Below are positions 39,116 to 49,179 of a DNA stretch of 64,000 nt, piece after piece. Position 1 is the stretch's first letter; every line of letters starts with the position of its first letter. Under the pieces are notes generated by a model. That model saw only the letters and a program-made list of their open reading frames with translations. It was not told the DNA's origin and did no database searches. The stretch is from Blastocatellia bacterium (GTDB lineage: Bacteria; Acidobacteriota; Blastocatellia; UBA7656): positions 5,444 to 69,443 of the forward strand of contig DASUNP010000110.1 in assembly GCA_036277095.1 (NCBI GenBank). The letters are read 5' to 3'. Both the position numbers and the translations under genes were made by a program.

Positions 39116-41566
39116 ATGATGAACTCTCTCTTGCAAGATATTCGATACGGCTTTCGCATGCTAAAGCGTAAGCCTTTGTTCACCGTGATCGCTGTTCTTA
39201 CGCTCGCGCTCGGCATTGGCGCAAACAGCGCGATATTCACGCTGGTCAACACGGTCTTGCTGCGCCCGCTGCAAGTAGCCGCGCCCGACGAGCTTGTGTC
39301 GCTCGCCGTGACCGGCAAGAACGATTCGATGCAGGCCTTCTCTTACCTGAACTACAAAGATTTTCGCGACCGCAACGAAGTCCTCTCCGGGCTATACGCC
39401 ACGCGCCTGTGTCCTATGAGCTTGAGCCGAGACGGCAATAATGAGCGCATCTGGGGCTTCGAAGTCACGGGCAACTACTTCGATATTCTCGGCGTCGGCG
39501 CGATACACGGCCGGACGTTTCGGCCCGAAGAAGACCGCACGCCGCTCTCTCATCCCGTGGCGGTCCTCAGCTACGACGCGTGGCAGCGCCGGTTCGGCGG
39601 CGACCCCGCGACGGTCGGGCAGCAGATTCTCATCAACGGCCACAATTTCGAGATCATAGGCATCGCGCCCGAAGGGTTCAGCGGCACGGAGCTGGTCTAC
39701 ACGCCCGAGGTCTGGGTGCCGATGATGATGCAGGAGTGGATCGAGCCGGGCAATGCGTGGCTCGAAGAGCGACGCACGCAGAACATGTTTGCCACGGGCC
39801 GGCTCAAGCCCGGCGTTACTGACGAGCAGGCCGAAGTCTCGCTCAACGTGCTTGCCTCGCAGCTCGCCGAGCAGTATCCCGACACGAACGAAGGGCAGAA
39901 GATCACGCTGATGCCACCGGGCTTCATCCTGCCGGGGATAAGGGGCGCTGTAATCAGCTTCACCATCGTGTTGATGACGATAGTCGCGCTCGTCCTCTTA
40001 ATCGCATGCACGAACCTCGCGAGCCTGCTTTTGGCCCGCGCCGCCGAGCGGCGCAAAGAGATCGCCATTCGCCTTTCGATGGGGGCGAGCCGCTCTCGCC
40101 TCATACGACAGTTGCTTACCGAGAGCCTGTTGCTTGCGCTGGCGGGCGGCGCCGCCGGGTTCATCCTTGCTATCTGGATAATTGATTTGATAGTCGCGCT
40201 CAAGCCCCCGATCGACATCCCGCTATGGATAAACCTCCGCGTAGACTGGAGAGTGGTGTTGTTTTCGCTGCTGGCCTCGCTCGTGACGAGCCTGTTGTTC
40301 GGCCTTGTGCCCGCGTTGCAAGCGACAAAGACAGACATCGTTCCGGCCTTGAAAGACACGGCTTCCCAAGCGGGCCAACGCCGGTCGCTCTTGCGCAGCG
40401 GGCTGGTCGTCGCGCAGGTAGCATTTTCGCTCTTCCTGCTGATAGCCGCGGGGCTGATAGTCCGAGCCCTCCAGCAGCTACAGGAGATCGGCCCGGGCTT
40501 CGATACCAGAAACGGGCTAGTGATGTCTTTCGACCTGGGCTTGCAAGGTTATGACAGGGCCAGGGGAGAGCAGTTTCATCGCCAACTGAAAGAGCGCATC
40601 GAGTCGCTACCCGGAGTGGGCTCGGCTTCTTACACGGACCTGTTCCCGCTGAGCCTCAATTATTCGGGCAACAGCTTCTACGTCGAAGGCGAGACCATCG
40701 ACCGCGGGGCCAACGTGCCGACGGCGATGGTGGCCTCGATAGGGCTGGACTACTTTTCTACGATGGGCGTACCGGTGCTGACGGGGCGAGACTTCACCCA
40801 GAAGGACGATGAAAAAGCGAAGCCCGTCATCATAGTCAACGAAGCCTTTGTAAGCCGCATTCTTCCCAACGCCGCCTCGATCCACGACGCGCTGGGCAAG
40901 CGTGTCAAGACTTCGCCGGAAGGAAGGCTCCGCGAAATCGTCGGCGTGGCGAAGGACGGAAAATACTGGACCGTCGGCGAGGCGCCGCAACCCTTCGTCT
41001 ACTTCCCGCTGCTTCAATCATATTCCTCGACCACGACCCTGATCGTCCGCACGAACTCCGACGCGCAATCGATGATCGGCGTGATTCGCGGCGAGGTTCA
41101 AAAGCTCGACGCGAACCTGCCGCTGTACGACGTGCGAACCTTCACGGAGCACGTAGGCGTGTCGCTGTTTCCCGCGCGCATCGCGGCCACGCTGTCGAGC
41201 AGCTTCGGCCTGCTCGCGTTGATCCTGTCGACGATAGGCATTTACGGGGTGGTCTCTTATTCGGTCGCGCAGCGGACGCGCGAGATAGGCATTCGCATGG
41301 CGTTGGGCGCGCAAGCTGTAGACGTGGTTCGCCTGATCGCAGGGCGCGGGATGGTGCTCGCGCTCGTGGGGATATCGATAGGCATTGTGATGGCTTTCGC
41401 GTTCACGCGTTTTATGGAGAGCGTGCTCTACGGCGTGAGCGCGACCGACCCTGTGACGTTTGCGGTCATCACACTGTTGCTCGCTGCGGTGGCGCTGCTT
41501 GCGTGCTACATCCCCGCCCGTCGCGCGACAAAAGTCGACCCGATGATCGCGCTCAGGCACGAATAA
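39116..41566 (+). CDS. ADOP-type duplicated permease
   Basis: MMNSLLQDIRYGFRMLKRKPLFT ... LLIACTNLASLLLARAAERRKEIAIRLSMGA ... [16 protein letters not shown] ... [16 protein letters not shown] immediately upstream. 39119 is an alternative start. Confidence 0.9.
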   Translation: MMNSLLQDIRYGFRMLKRKPLFTVIAVLTLALGIGANSAIFTLVNTVLLRPLQVAAPDELVSLAVTGKNDSMQAFSYLNYKDFRDRNEVLSGLYATRLCPMSLSRDGNNERIWGFEVTGNYFDILGVGAIHGRTFRPEEDRTPLSHPVAVLSYDAWQRRFGGDPATVGQQILINGHNFEIIGIAPEGFSGTELVYTPEVWVPMMMQEWIEPGNAWLEERRTQNMFATGRLKPGVTDEQAEVSLNVLASQLAEQYPDTNEGQKITLMPPGFILPGIRGAVISFTIVLMTIVALVLLIACTNLASLLLARAAERRKEIAIRLSMGASRSRLIRQLLTESLLLALAGGAAGFILAIWIIDLIVALKPPIDIPLWINLRVDWRVVLFSLLASLVTSLLFGLVPALQATKTDIVPALKDTASQAGQRRSLLRSGLVVAQVAFSLFLLIAAGLIVRALQQLQEIGPGFDTRNGLVMSFDLGLQGYDRARGEQFHRQLKERIESLPGVGSASYTDLFPLSLNYSGNSFYVEGETIDRGANVPTAMVASIGLDYFSTMGVPVLTGRDFTQKDDEKAKPVIIVNEAFVSRILPNAASIHDALGKRVKTSPEGRLREIVGVAKDGKYWTVGEAPQPFVYFPLLQSYSSTTTLIVRTNSDAQSMIGVIRGEVQKLDANLPLYDVRTFTEHVGVSLFPARIAATLSSSFGLLALILSTIGIYGVVSYSVAQRTREIGIRMALGAQAVDVVRLIAGRGMVLALVGISIGIVMAFAFTRFMESVLYGVSATDPVTFAVITLLLAAVALLACYIPARRATKVDPMIALRHE

Positions 41567-41608
41567 TTTCAAATTTCAGATTTGAGATTTGAAATTGAAA
41601 GGAAGTAT
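41567..41608 (+). repeat. AT-rich heptamer junction, 42 nt
   Basis: tttcaaa|tttcaga|tttgaga|tttgaaa|ttgaaag|gaagtat ATG. Confidence 0.75.
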
Positions 41609-44038
41609 ATGGAGACCCTACTTCAAGATATTCGTTACGCCGCCCGGACGCTTGCAAAAAAGCCCGGGTTTACGCTTCTCGTCGTGACGGCCCTCTCTCT
41701 GGGCATAGGGGCGACAACGGCGATCTTCAGCGTGGTCAACGCGATACTGCTCCGCTCGCTCCCTTACCGCGAGCCCGAACGGATCGTGATTCCAGTATCG
41801 ACTAACCCCGCGAGAGAGATCACACAGGGCGGCGTCTCGTATGCCGATTATCTCGATTGGAAAAACGAGACAGAGGTCTTTGAGCACGTCGCGGTATTTC
41901 AGGAACAGAACGCCGACCTGACGGACGGCGGCGAGCCTCAGCGCGTTTCCGTCGGCATAGTCAGCGAAGACTATTTCGCCGTCATGAATGCTCCGCCTCT
42001 GCTGGGCAGAACGTTCAGCCCCGAACATTACCAGCCGGGCCCGGCACGCGCGCTGGTCTTGAGCCACGGATTGTGGCAGCGGCGGTTCGGCGGCGACCCT
42101 GAGATCATCGAGCGAACGATCATGCTCAATGGCCGCCCTTACCCTGTCATCGGCGTGATGCCGAAAGATTCACAGTTTCCGGGCACTCATGATGTGTGGG
42201 CCGCACTTGCCGTAGGCCCGAACCCTGGCCCCGATTTTCTCAGGCGCGACAACATGGTCTATAGCTCGGTGGCGCGATTAAAGGAGGGAGTCTCGGTCGA
42301 GCAAGCGAGGGCGGTCGTCGAGACTATCGCCCGTCGCGTCGAGCTTGAGCACCCGGAATCGCTACGGGGTTGGAGCGCATCGGTGACCCCCGTTCACGAC
42401 TATGTCGTCGGACCGACCTTGCGCCGCGCGCTGCTGGTGCTGTTCGGGGCCGTAGGCTTTGTGTTGCTGATCGCCTGCGTCAACGTGGCAAATCTCAGCC
42501 TTGCCCGCGCGGCGCGGCGCGAGCGGGAGATTGCAATCAGGATCGCACTGGGCGCGGGGCGTCTGCGATTGATCCGGCAACTGCTCACGGAGAGCGTGCT
42601 GCTGGCGCTGGTCTCCGGCGCAATCGGTTTCTTACTTGCCCTGTGGGGCGTCGATCTTCTGACGGCGCTTGCGCCCGATAGCATCCCGCGATTGGATGAG
42701 GTCAGCGCCGACACCCGCGTGCTTGGCTTTGTGCTTGTCGTATCGCTGCTCGTGGCGCTGGCATTCGGGCTAGTGCCTGCGGCTCAGGCTTCAAAGACCG
42801 ATCTGAACGAAGCGCTCAAAGAAGGGGGCCGGGGCGCTGCGGGCGGGATGCGCGGCTCGCGCATTCGCGGCGCGCTGGTCATTTCAGAAGTCGCGCTCTC
42901 ATTGATGCTGCTCGTAGGCGCGGGCTTGATGGTGAAGAGTTTCATCAGGCTTCAACAGGTCGATCCCGGCTTGAATGTCGATAACGTGCTCACGATGGAG
43001 GTCTATTCTCCCGGCGCGCGTTACGCCGAGAGGCCGAACGTAGCCGATTTTTATCGCCGGATTGTAGACCGCATTGAAAACGTCCCCGGAGTCGAATCGG
43101 CCTCGGCGAGCTCTACGCTGCCGCTTGGCGGCGGCGGCTTTTATCTGGGCCGCAAATTCCTCGTCGAAGGGCGCGCAGAGCCTCCCGAGGGGCAGGATAA
43201 TCCCGCGCAATGGAATGTAGTAACCCCCGCCTACTTCGAAACTCTCGGCATACGTCTATTGAAGGGGCGCAACTTCGACGAGCGGGACACGCCCGGCTCG
43301 AATCCTGTCATCATCATAAACGAATCTCTCTCGCGCGCAATCTTTCCCGGCGAAGAACCGCTCGGCAAGCGAATTCGCTCCTGGAGGGACGAGAACGTGC
43401 TGCGCGAGATTGTTGGCGTCACACAGGACGTCCGCTATTTCGGGCGCGACGACGAACTGCGAGGTCTGGTTTATGTGCCGCACGCGCAGGACAGTTGGCG
43501 CTCGATGGTCCTGGCCGTGCGCACAACAGGGGACCCCGCAGGATTTACCTCTGCTGTCCGAAACGCGATCTCGGATTTCGATAAGGACCTGGCCGTCTCG
43601 CGCGTGCAGACTATGACCGAGGTGCAGGATGATTCGGTCGCAGGGCCGCGATTCAACATGATGCTGCTCGCCGTTTTCGCGGGCGTTGCGATGGTGCTGG
43701 CGGCCGTCGGAATCTACGGCATCCTCTCTTACGCGGTCGCGCAGCGGACGCACGAGATCGGCGTGCGGATGGCGCTGGGCGCGCGAGCCAGCGATGTGCT
43801 CAAGCTGGTCGTAGGCCAGGGGTTGAAACTCACGCTCGTGGGCGTGGTCATAGGGCTGGGCGCAGCATTTGCAGTGACTCGCGTGATGGAAAGCTTGCTC
43901 TATGAAGTGAGCGCGACCGACCCGCTGACATTCATAGCGATAGCGCTGCTGCTGGTGGGAGTGGCTCTGGTAGCCAGTTTCATCCCCGCGCGCCGCGCCA
44001 CGCACGTAGACCCGATAATCGCGCTCAGGTATGAATAA
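41609..44038 (+). CDS. ADOP-type duplicated permease
   Basis: METLLQDIRYAARTLAKKPGFT ... [31 protein letters not shown] ... AQRTHEIGVRMALGAR ... VDPIIALRYE. SD GAAAGGAAG upstream. Confidence 0.9.
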   Translation: METLLQDIRYAARTLAKKPGFTLLVVTALSLGIGATTAIFSVVNAILLRSLPYREPERIVIPVSTNPAREITQGGVSYADYLDWKNETEVFEHVAVFQEQNADLTDGGEPQRVSVGIVSEDYFAVMNAPPLLGRTFSPEHYQPGPARALVLSHGLWQRRFGGDPEIIERTIMLNGRPYPVIGVMPKDSQFPGTHDVWAALAVGPNPGPDFLRRDNMVYSSVARLKEGVSVEQARAVVETIARRVELEHPESLRGWSASVTPVHDYVVGPTLRRALLVLFGAVGFVLLIACVNVANLSLARAARREREIAIRIALGAGRLRLIRQLLTESVLLALVSGAIGFLLALWGVDLLTALAPDSIPRLDEVSADTRVLGFVLVVSLLVALAFGLVPAAQASKTDLNEALKEGGRGAAGGMRGSRIRGALVISEVALSLMLLVGAGLMVKSFIRLQQVDPGLNVDNVLTMEVYSPGARYAERPNVADFYRRIVDRIENVPGVESASASSTLPLGGGGFYLGRKFLVEGRAEPPEGQDNPAQWNVVTPAYFETLGIRLLKGRNFDERDTPGSNPVIIINESLSRAIFPGEEPLGKRIRSWRDENVLREIVGVTQDVRYFGRDDELRGLVYVPHAQDSWRSMVLAVRTTGDPAGFTSAVRNAISDFDKDLAVSRVQTMTEVQDDSVAGPRFNMMLLAVFAGVAMVLAAVGIYGILSYAVAQRTHEIGVRMALGARASDVLKLVVGQGLKLTLVGVVIGLGAAFAVTRVMESLLYEVSATDPLTFIAIALLLVGVALVASFIPARRATHVDPIIALRYE

Positions 44039-44157
44039 CAGGGATCAGGTGCCAGGAGCCGGGGGCCAGGGATTCGTAATTTCAAATCTCAAATTTGATA
44101 TTTCAAATCCTTCTTTCCCCTGAACCCTGACCCCCGATCCCCGACCCCTGGAGAAAG
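44039..44157 (+). repeat. Type-A junction element (fourth, degenerate copy; 119 nt = 17 heptamers)
   Basis: cagggat|caggtgc|caggagc|cgggggc|cagggat|tcgtaat|ttcaaat|ctcaaat|ttgatat|ttcaaat|ccttctt|tcccctg|aaccctg|acccccg|atccccg|acccctg|gagaaag|ATG. Confidence 0.75.
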
Positions 44158-46638
44158 ATGATGGAGACCTTATTTCAAGACGTTCGTTACTGCTTTCGGG
44201 TGATGATGAAAAGCCCCGGCTTTACCGCCGTGACAATTCTCTCGCTGGCAATCGGCATCGGCGCAAACACTTCGATCTTCAGCGCGATCAACGCCGTGCT
44301 GTTGCGCCCGCTGCCGTTCAAAGACTCCGACCGTTTAATGACCGTCGACCGCACAACCCCCAGCGCAGTCAATCCGATCTCTCCGTGGTCTTATCCGAAG
44401 TTTGAAGCCCTGCGCGCGAACAACGAAGTCTTCGAAGAGGTCGCGGCCATAAGCAACCAGAGCTTTCCGCTCACAGAGACCGATACGCCCGAACGACTCC
44501 AGGTCGAGATGGTGTCGGCCAGCTATTTCTCCATGCTCGGCGTAGAGGCTTCACGTGGGCGCACGTTCACTCCCGAAGAAGACCAGACGCCCGGCACACA
44601 CCCGGTCATCGTAATCGGTCACGGGCTATGGGAGCGCCGCTTCGGGTCAGACCCTGGAGTGACGGGCCAGAGCGTGAGCCTTAACAAAGTTCGCTTTAAC
44701 GTCATAGGCGTGATGCCCGAAGGCTTCAAGGGGCAGTCGGGCACTGTAGAGGCGTGGGTTCCTATGATGATGGCCCCGCAGTTGACATTCCCGCGACGGC
44801 TGAAAGCGGCGGGCGCTCACTGGCACAACGTCGTCGCGCGGCTAAAGCCGGGCGTAAGCCTGGCTCAAGCGCAAGCCTCTATGGAAGTGCTGAACCCGAA
44901 GATAGCCGAAGCGAATCCCGGCCAGAACACCCCGGAGGCAATCAAAGTGGCGGGGCTGAGAGAGTCGAAGATCGACCCGGCCATCAGTAAATCGCTCTTA
45001 ATACTCTTTGCGGCGGTGGGCCTCGTGCTGCTAATAGCCTGCGCCAACATCGCCAACCTGCTGCTGGCGAAATCGGCGTCGCGGCAAAAGGAGATCGCCG
45101 TGCGGATCGCGCTCGGAGCGAGTCGCGCGCGATTGGTCCGCCAGCTTTTGACCGAGAGTGTGTTGCTGGCATTCATTGGCGGACTGGTCGGATTGCTGCT
45201 CGCGCTCTGGGGGATAGAGCTGCTGACCGCAATCAATCCTATGAGCGACCCTGCGGCGCGCGCCCGTTACAATCTCATGCGCGACTTTAACGTCTTCAGC
45301 ATTGACTCCAAGGTGCTTGCCTTCAACATTGCCGTCTCATTCGTCACGGGTCTGCTGTTCGGGCTTGTGCCCGCCTTACAGTCGGCGCGCAGAGATGTCA
45401 ACGAGGTGTTAAAGGAAGGCGGAGCCGGTTCAGCCGAAAAGTCCAGAAGGCTCGGCGGCCTGAACTTCCGCAACGCCTTCATAGTCGGCGAGGTCGCCGT
45501 GTCGCTCGTGCTGCTCGTGTCGGCGGGGCTTATGATAAAAAGCTTCGCGCGCTTGCAGGCGACCAGTATAGGCTTTGACCCGGAAGGCGTGCTGACGGCG
45601 AGGATCAGTCTTCCCGGTCGCGAGTATGAAGGGAAAGCCATAGGGTTTTTCGAGCAGCTCTTAGACCGCGCGAAAAATCTGCCCGGTGTCGAATCGGCTA
45701 GCGTCTCCATATCAACTCCGCTTTCCAACAATTCCAGCAAAGCCGCTATTAAGATTGAAGACCGCCCAGCAGCCGACGGCGATGAGCCGCCCACGGCGGG
45801 CTATCACGTTATAGGAGCAGAGCATTTCGAGACGCTGCGGATTCCGGTGCTGCGCGGAAGGTCGTTTACCGACCAGGACCGGAAAGGGACAAAGCGCGTC
45901 GCGATCATCAGCGACTCGATGGCCCGGCGGCTCTGGCCCGATGACGAGGCTCTAGGCAAGCGAATATGGCTCTCGATGGGATGGGAGAAGAACGACTTCG
46001 CCGAGATCGTCGGCGTCGTCGGCGACGTGAAGTATAGCAACGTCGAAGGGGCGGTGGAGCCTGATGTCTACATCCCCTACTTGCAGACTGTGGAAGAACC
46101 GCCATCGTTTGTCTTGATACGCGCGGCTGGTGACCCCGCCGCGCTCGTCGCCGGACTTCGCAGAGAAGTCTTCGCGCTCGATAAGAACGTGCCGGTCTAT
46201 GACGTTAAGACGCTTGAGGAGCGGAGCCGTGACGCGACTTCGCGAGCGCGCTTCATGGCGTTGCTTCTAGGCGCATTCGCGTGCGTCGCGCTGTTGCTTT
46301 CGAGCATAGGGATCTACGGCGTGATGGCCTCTGCGGTAGCCGGGCGCACGCGCGAGATAGGAATTCGCATGGCGCTGGGCGCGCAAAAAGCGGATGTGCT
46401 GAGACTCATCCTAAGCGACGGCATCATTTTAACAATCGCGGGGATAGCCCTGGGGCTTATGGCTTCGCTGGCCGTCACGCGCTTTCTGACGAGCCTGCTT
46501 TACGGCGTAGGCGCGGCGGACCCTGTGACGTTCGCGATCGTCTCCGCGATACTCGCGGCGGTCGCCATGACGGCGAGCTACATCCCCGCGCGTCGCGCGA
46601 CAAAAGTCGACCCGATGGTCGCGCTAAGGCATGAGTAA
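44158..46638 (+). CDS. ADOP-type duplicated permease
   Basis: 826 aa. MMETLFQDVRYCFRVMMKSPGFT ... [31 protein letters not shown] ... [16 protein letters not shown] ... [20 protein letters not shown] upstream. Confidence 0.9.
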   Translation: MMETLFQDVRYCFRVMMKSPGFTAVTILSLAIGIGANTSIFSAINAVLLRPLPFKDSDRLMTVDRTTPSAVNPISPWSYPKFEALRANNEVFEEVAAISNQSFPLTETDTPERLQVEMVSASYFSMLGVEASRGRTFTPEEDQTPGTHPVIVIGHGLWERRFGSDPGVTGQSVSLNKVRFNVIGVMPEGFKGQSGTVEAWVPMMMAPQLTFPRRLKAAGAHWHNVVARLKPGVSLAQAQASMEVLNPKIAEANPGQNTPEAIKVAGLRESKIDPAISKSLLILFAAVGLVLLIACANIANLLLAKSASRQKEIAVRIALGASRARLVRQLLTESVLLAFIGGLVGLLLALWGIELLTAINPMSDPAARARYNLMRDFNVFSIDSKVLAFNIAVSFVTGLLFGLVPALQSARRDVNEVLKEGGAGSAEKSRRLGGLNFRNAFIVGEVAVSLVLLVSAGLMIKSFARLQATSIGFDPEGVLTARISLPGREYEGKAIGFFEQLLDRAKNLPGVESASVSISTPLSNNSSKAAIKIEDRPAADGDEPPTAGYHVIGAEHFETLRIPVLRGRSFTDQDRKGTKRVAIISDSMARRLWPDDEALGKRIWLSMGWEKNDFAEIVGVVGDVKYSNVEGAVEPDVYIPYLQTVEEPPSFVLIRAAGDPAALVAGLRREVFALDKNVPVYDVKTLEERSRDATSRARFMALLLGAFACVALLLSSIGIYGVMASAVAGRTREIGIRMALGAQKADVLRLILSDGIILTIAGIALGLMASLAVTRFLTSLLYGVGAADPVTFAIVSAILAAVAMTASYIPARRATKVDPMVALRHE

Positions 46639-46640
46639 TT

Positions 46641-48122
46641 ATGGATAGACCATTAGCAGTCCCGCGAAATACTTATCGCATTCGCCTCAGGCGGACCATT
46701 CTCATTGGCGTGGGGATTCTCGCCCTTGTCGTAGCCATCGGCTCGATCCCCATAGCCTTCGTCTATTTCATGAGCGAGCCGGTTGTCCCTTCGCCTTTGC
46801 TCTTGTCCGAAGGCGTACTGTCTGAAAGCTCGCCGCAATCGATCAAGCCCATTCAGACGAAACCGCAGCGCCTCGTCGCCTTCGTCAACGTGAACGTCGT
46901 GCCTATGGACACGGAGCGCGTCATCGCGGGCCAGACCGTCATCGTCAAAGATGGTCTCATAGCTGAAATAGGGCCGACCGCAAAGGTCAAAGTCCCCGCG
47001 TCGGCCCTGCGCGTAGACGGGAGCGGCAAGTACCTGATGCCGGGCCTCGCAGACATGCATGTCCACCTTACCGTCCCGCGCGAGGACGTGCTCGCGCTTT
47101 TTCAGCTCTTTATCGCAAACGGCGTGACGACTATCTTAAACTTGCGCGGCACGCCCGAGCATCTTGAGCTTCGCGCGAGCGTCGCGAAGGGCGAAGTATT
47201 CGGCCCGACGCTCTACACGGCGGGCTCTTATGTGAACGAGCCGTTCGTCAACACGCCCGACGAAGTCGAGCGCGCCGTCATAGAGCAGAAACGCGCGGGC
47301 TACGACTTCATAAAGATGCACGGCGATCTATCAAGGGAAGCCTACGCCAGGCTCTTTGCAGTCGCGCGGCGCGAAGGCATTCGCGTGGTCGGGCACGCGC
47401 CCAGGACTTTAGGCATCGAAGCGATGTTTGAAGAGCGGCAGTACGCCGTTGTTCATGCGGAAGAATATATTTACGACCGGAACCACAGCTCAAGAGACTT
47501 TGCCGCAATCGAGCCTCGCATTCCTGAGCTTGGGCAAGCGACCGCGAAGGCTGGCATCTGGTTCATGCCGAACCTGACCGCGTTTAAGAACATCGGGTTG
47601 CAGGCCAACGACCTCCAGGCGATCTTAGACAGGACGGAGATGCGCTTTATGCCGCCGCGCATACGCGATGGCTGGGGGCCGGCTACCAACCCTTACACGC
47701 GCAGGTTCGGCAAAGATCAATATCCTAAAATCATGGCGCGATACCAGTTGCTTGAAAAAATTGTCCGTGGCTTTCGCGCGGCGGGCGTGCGAATGCTCAT
47801 AGGGACCGACGCGCTCAACACGGCGGTCGTGCCGGGATTCTCTATGCACGACGAGCTTAATGATCTGGTCGTGGCGGGGCTTACGCCTTACGAGGCGCTG
47901 AGGGCCGCGACCGCAAACGCTGCGGAATTCTTAGGCACAGCCGACCGTGTAGGAACAGTTACAACAGGCAAGCGGGCCGATCTGTTACTGCTGGAAGCCG
48001 ACCCGCTCAAAGATGTGAAGAACGCGAACCGCCGCGCGGGGGTGATGTTTCGCGGCCAGTGGATGACGGAAGCCGATCTTCGCAAGATGCTCGATGATCT
48101 GGTCGCATCTTATTCAAGGTGA
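46641..48122 (+). CDS. Membrane-anchored metal-dependent amidohydrolase-family protein
   Basis: Starts 2 nt after the permease stop (TAATTATG), consistent with translational coupling. N-terminal TM helix ILIGVGILALVVAIGSIPIAFVYF. Amidohydrolase hallmarks GLADMHVHL (HxH metal site), MLIGTDA, TTGKRADLLLLEADPL near the C-terminus. Confidence 0.8.
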   Translation: MDRPLAVPRNTYRIRLRRTILIGVGILALVVAIGSIPIAFVYFMSEPVVPSPLLLSEGVLSESSPQSIKPIQTKPQRLVAFVNVNVVPMDTERVIAGQTVIVKDGLIAEIGPTAKVKVPASALRVDGSGKYLMPGLADMHVHLTVPREDVLALFQLFIANGVTTILNLRGTPEHLELRASVAKGEVFGPTLYTAGSYVNEPFVNTPDEVERAVIEQKRAGYDFIKMHGDLSREAYARLFAVARREGIRVVGHAPRTLGIEAMFEERQYAVVHAEEYIYDRNHSSRDFAAIEPRIPELGQATAKAGIWFMPNLTAFKNIGLQANDLQAILDRTEMRFMPPRIRDGWGPATNPYTRRFGKDQYPKIMARYQLLEKIVRGFRAAGVRMLIGTDALNTAVVPGFSMHDELNDLVVAGLTPYEALRAATANAAEFLGTADRVGTVTTGKRADLLLLEADPLKDVKNANRRAGVMFRGQWMTEADLRKMLDDLVASYSR

Positions 48123-48146
48123 ATATGCTTATAGGTTTGAGATATT

Positions 48147-48255
48147 TCACCGCCGCAGACACAGAGCACACAGAGTTTACGCAGAGCAGAATTATGTTCT
48201 CTCTATACGTTTTCTCTGCGCCCGCTCTGTGTTCTCTGCGTCTCTGCGGTGAATT
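48147..48255. repeat. REP/MITE-like dispersed hairpin repeat, copy 1 (CACCGCCGCAGACACAGAGCACACAGAG ... CTCTGTGTTCTCTGCGTCTCTGCGGTGAAT)
   Basis: Long imperfect inverted repeat immediately after the amidohydrolase stop. It shares a ~30-nt near-identical core (CTCTGTGTyCTCTGCGTCTCTGCGGTGAATyCT) with the copy at 63686..63771. Confidence 0.6.
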
Positions 48256-48342
48256 CTATTTGTTTTCTAAAGCTGAAATTAACTGAAACCAAATCTGGCA
48301 AAAAGGCACTAACCGGGTGAGAATACGTTTCGGAGGAAAGAA

Positions 48343-49179
48343 ATGAAACTCTATTTCAAGCCATTACTCACCCTAGCGACAATCGTTCTGCCTTTCTGCC
48401 TGACGGCGGCGGCGCAGAGCAAGGATTTTAAGAAGACGGTCGATCTTGAACAGGGAGGCAGTTTATCACTGTCAACAGACAAGGGCAGCGTCCGGCTCAG
48501 CTCGTGGAGCCAGAACCAGGTCGAGATCGTCGCCCGCATAGACCCGCCCGATGAAGTGAGTCCGGACTACGCACGCCGCGCGATTGAAGGCGTCGTGATC
48601 GAAGTCCTTGGCGGGGGCCGCTCGCTGACCATCCGCTCGAATTTCGAGGGCGTCCCGTACCGAGAAGATTTCGGCGGCCGTTCGAGAACGCTTCCCAACG
48701 TTCATTATGAGATACGCGCGCCTCGCAGCCTCAAGCTCAACGTCGATATAGACAGGTCCAGAGTCGACCTTAATGGGTTTGAAGGCAGCATAGAAATACA
48801 CTCCGACCGAACCCCCGTGACGGCTACCGACATTGCGGGCGACATACGGCTGCGGATGGATAGGGGCGAGCTCACGCTCTCGAAGGTCAGAGGGGCGCTC
48901 AACGTCGACACCGACCGGACGGACATCAATTTGCAGGGCGTTCGCTTCGAAGGCGATTCTCGATTCGACATGGATCGCGGCGAGCTGGACATAAAGCTTG
49001 CCGAGAGCCAGGGCCTCTCTATACAGACCGACCTTTCGCGGAGGGGCGATTTTACTACAGACCTTCAGATAAGCATGCAGAACATGCGCGGCAAGAATTT
49101 TGACGGGACCATAAACGGCGGCGGCCCTCGCGTGGTCTTTAGAACCGACAGGGGCCGCATACGATTGAGGCGCGAATAG
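48343..49179 (+). CDS. Secreted beta-repeat protein, DUF4097-like (putative adhesin / LiaG-YvlB-like fold)
   Basis: Signal peptide MKLYFKPLLTLATIVLPFCLTAAAQS. Repeated strand motifs GDIRLRMDRGELTL / GALNVDTDRTDINL / GDSRFDMDRGELDIKL, typical of DUF4097 beta-helical repeats. SD GGAGGAAAG upstream. Confidence 0.6.
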   Translation: MKLYFKPLLTLATIVLPFCLTAAAQSKDFKKTVDLEQGGSLSLSTDKGSVRLSSWSQNQVEIVARIDPPDEVSPDYARRAIEGVVIEVLGGGRSLTIRSNFEGVPYREDFGGRSRTLPNVHYEIRAPRSLKLNVDIDRSRVDLNGFEGSIEIHSDRTPVTATDIAGDIRLRMDRGELTLSKVRGALNVDTDRTDINLQGVRFEGDSRFDMDRGELDIKLAESQGLSIQTDLSRRGDFTTDLQISMQNMRGKNFDGTINGGGPRVVFRTDRGRIRLRRE

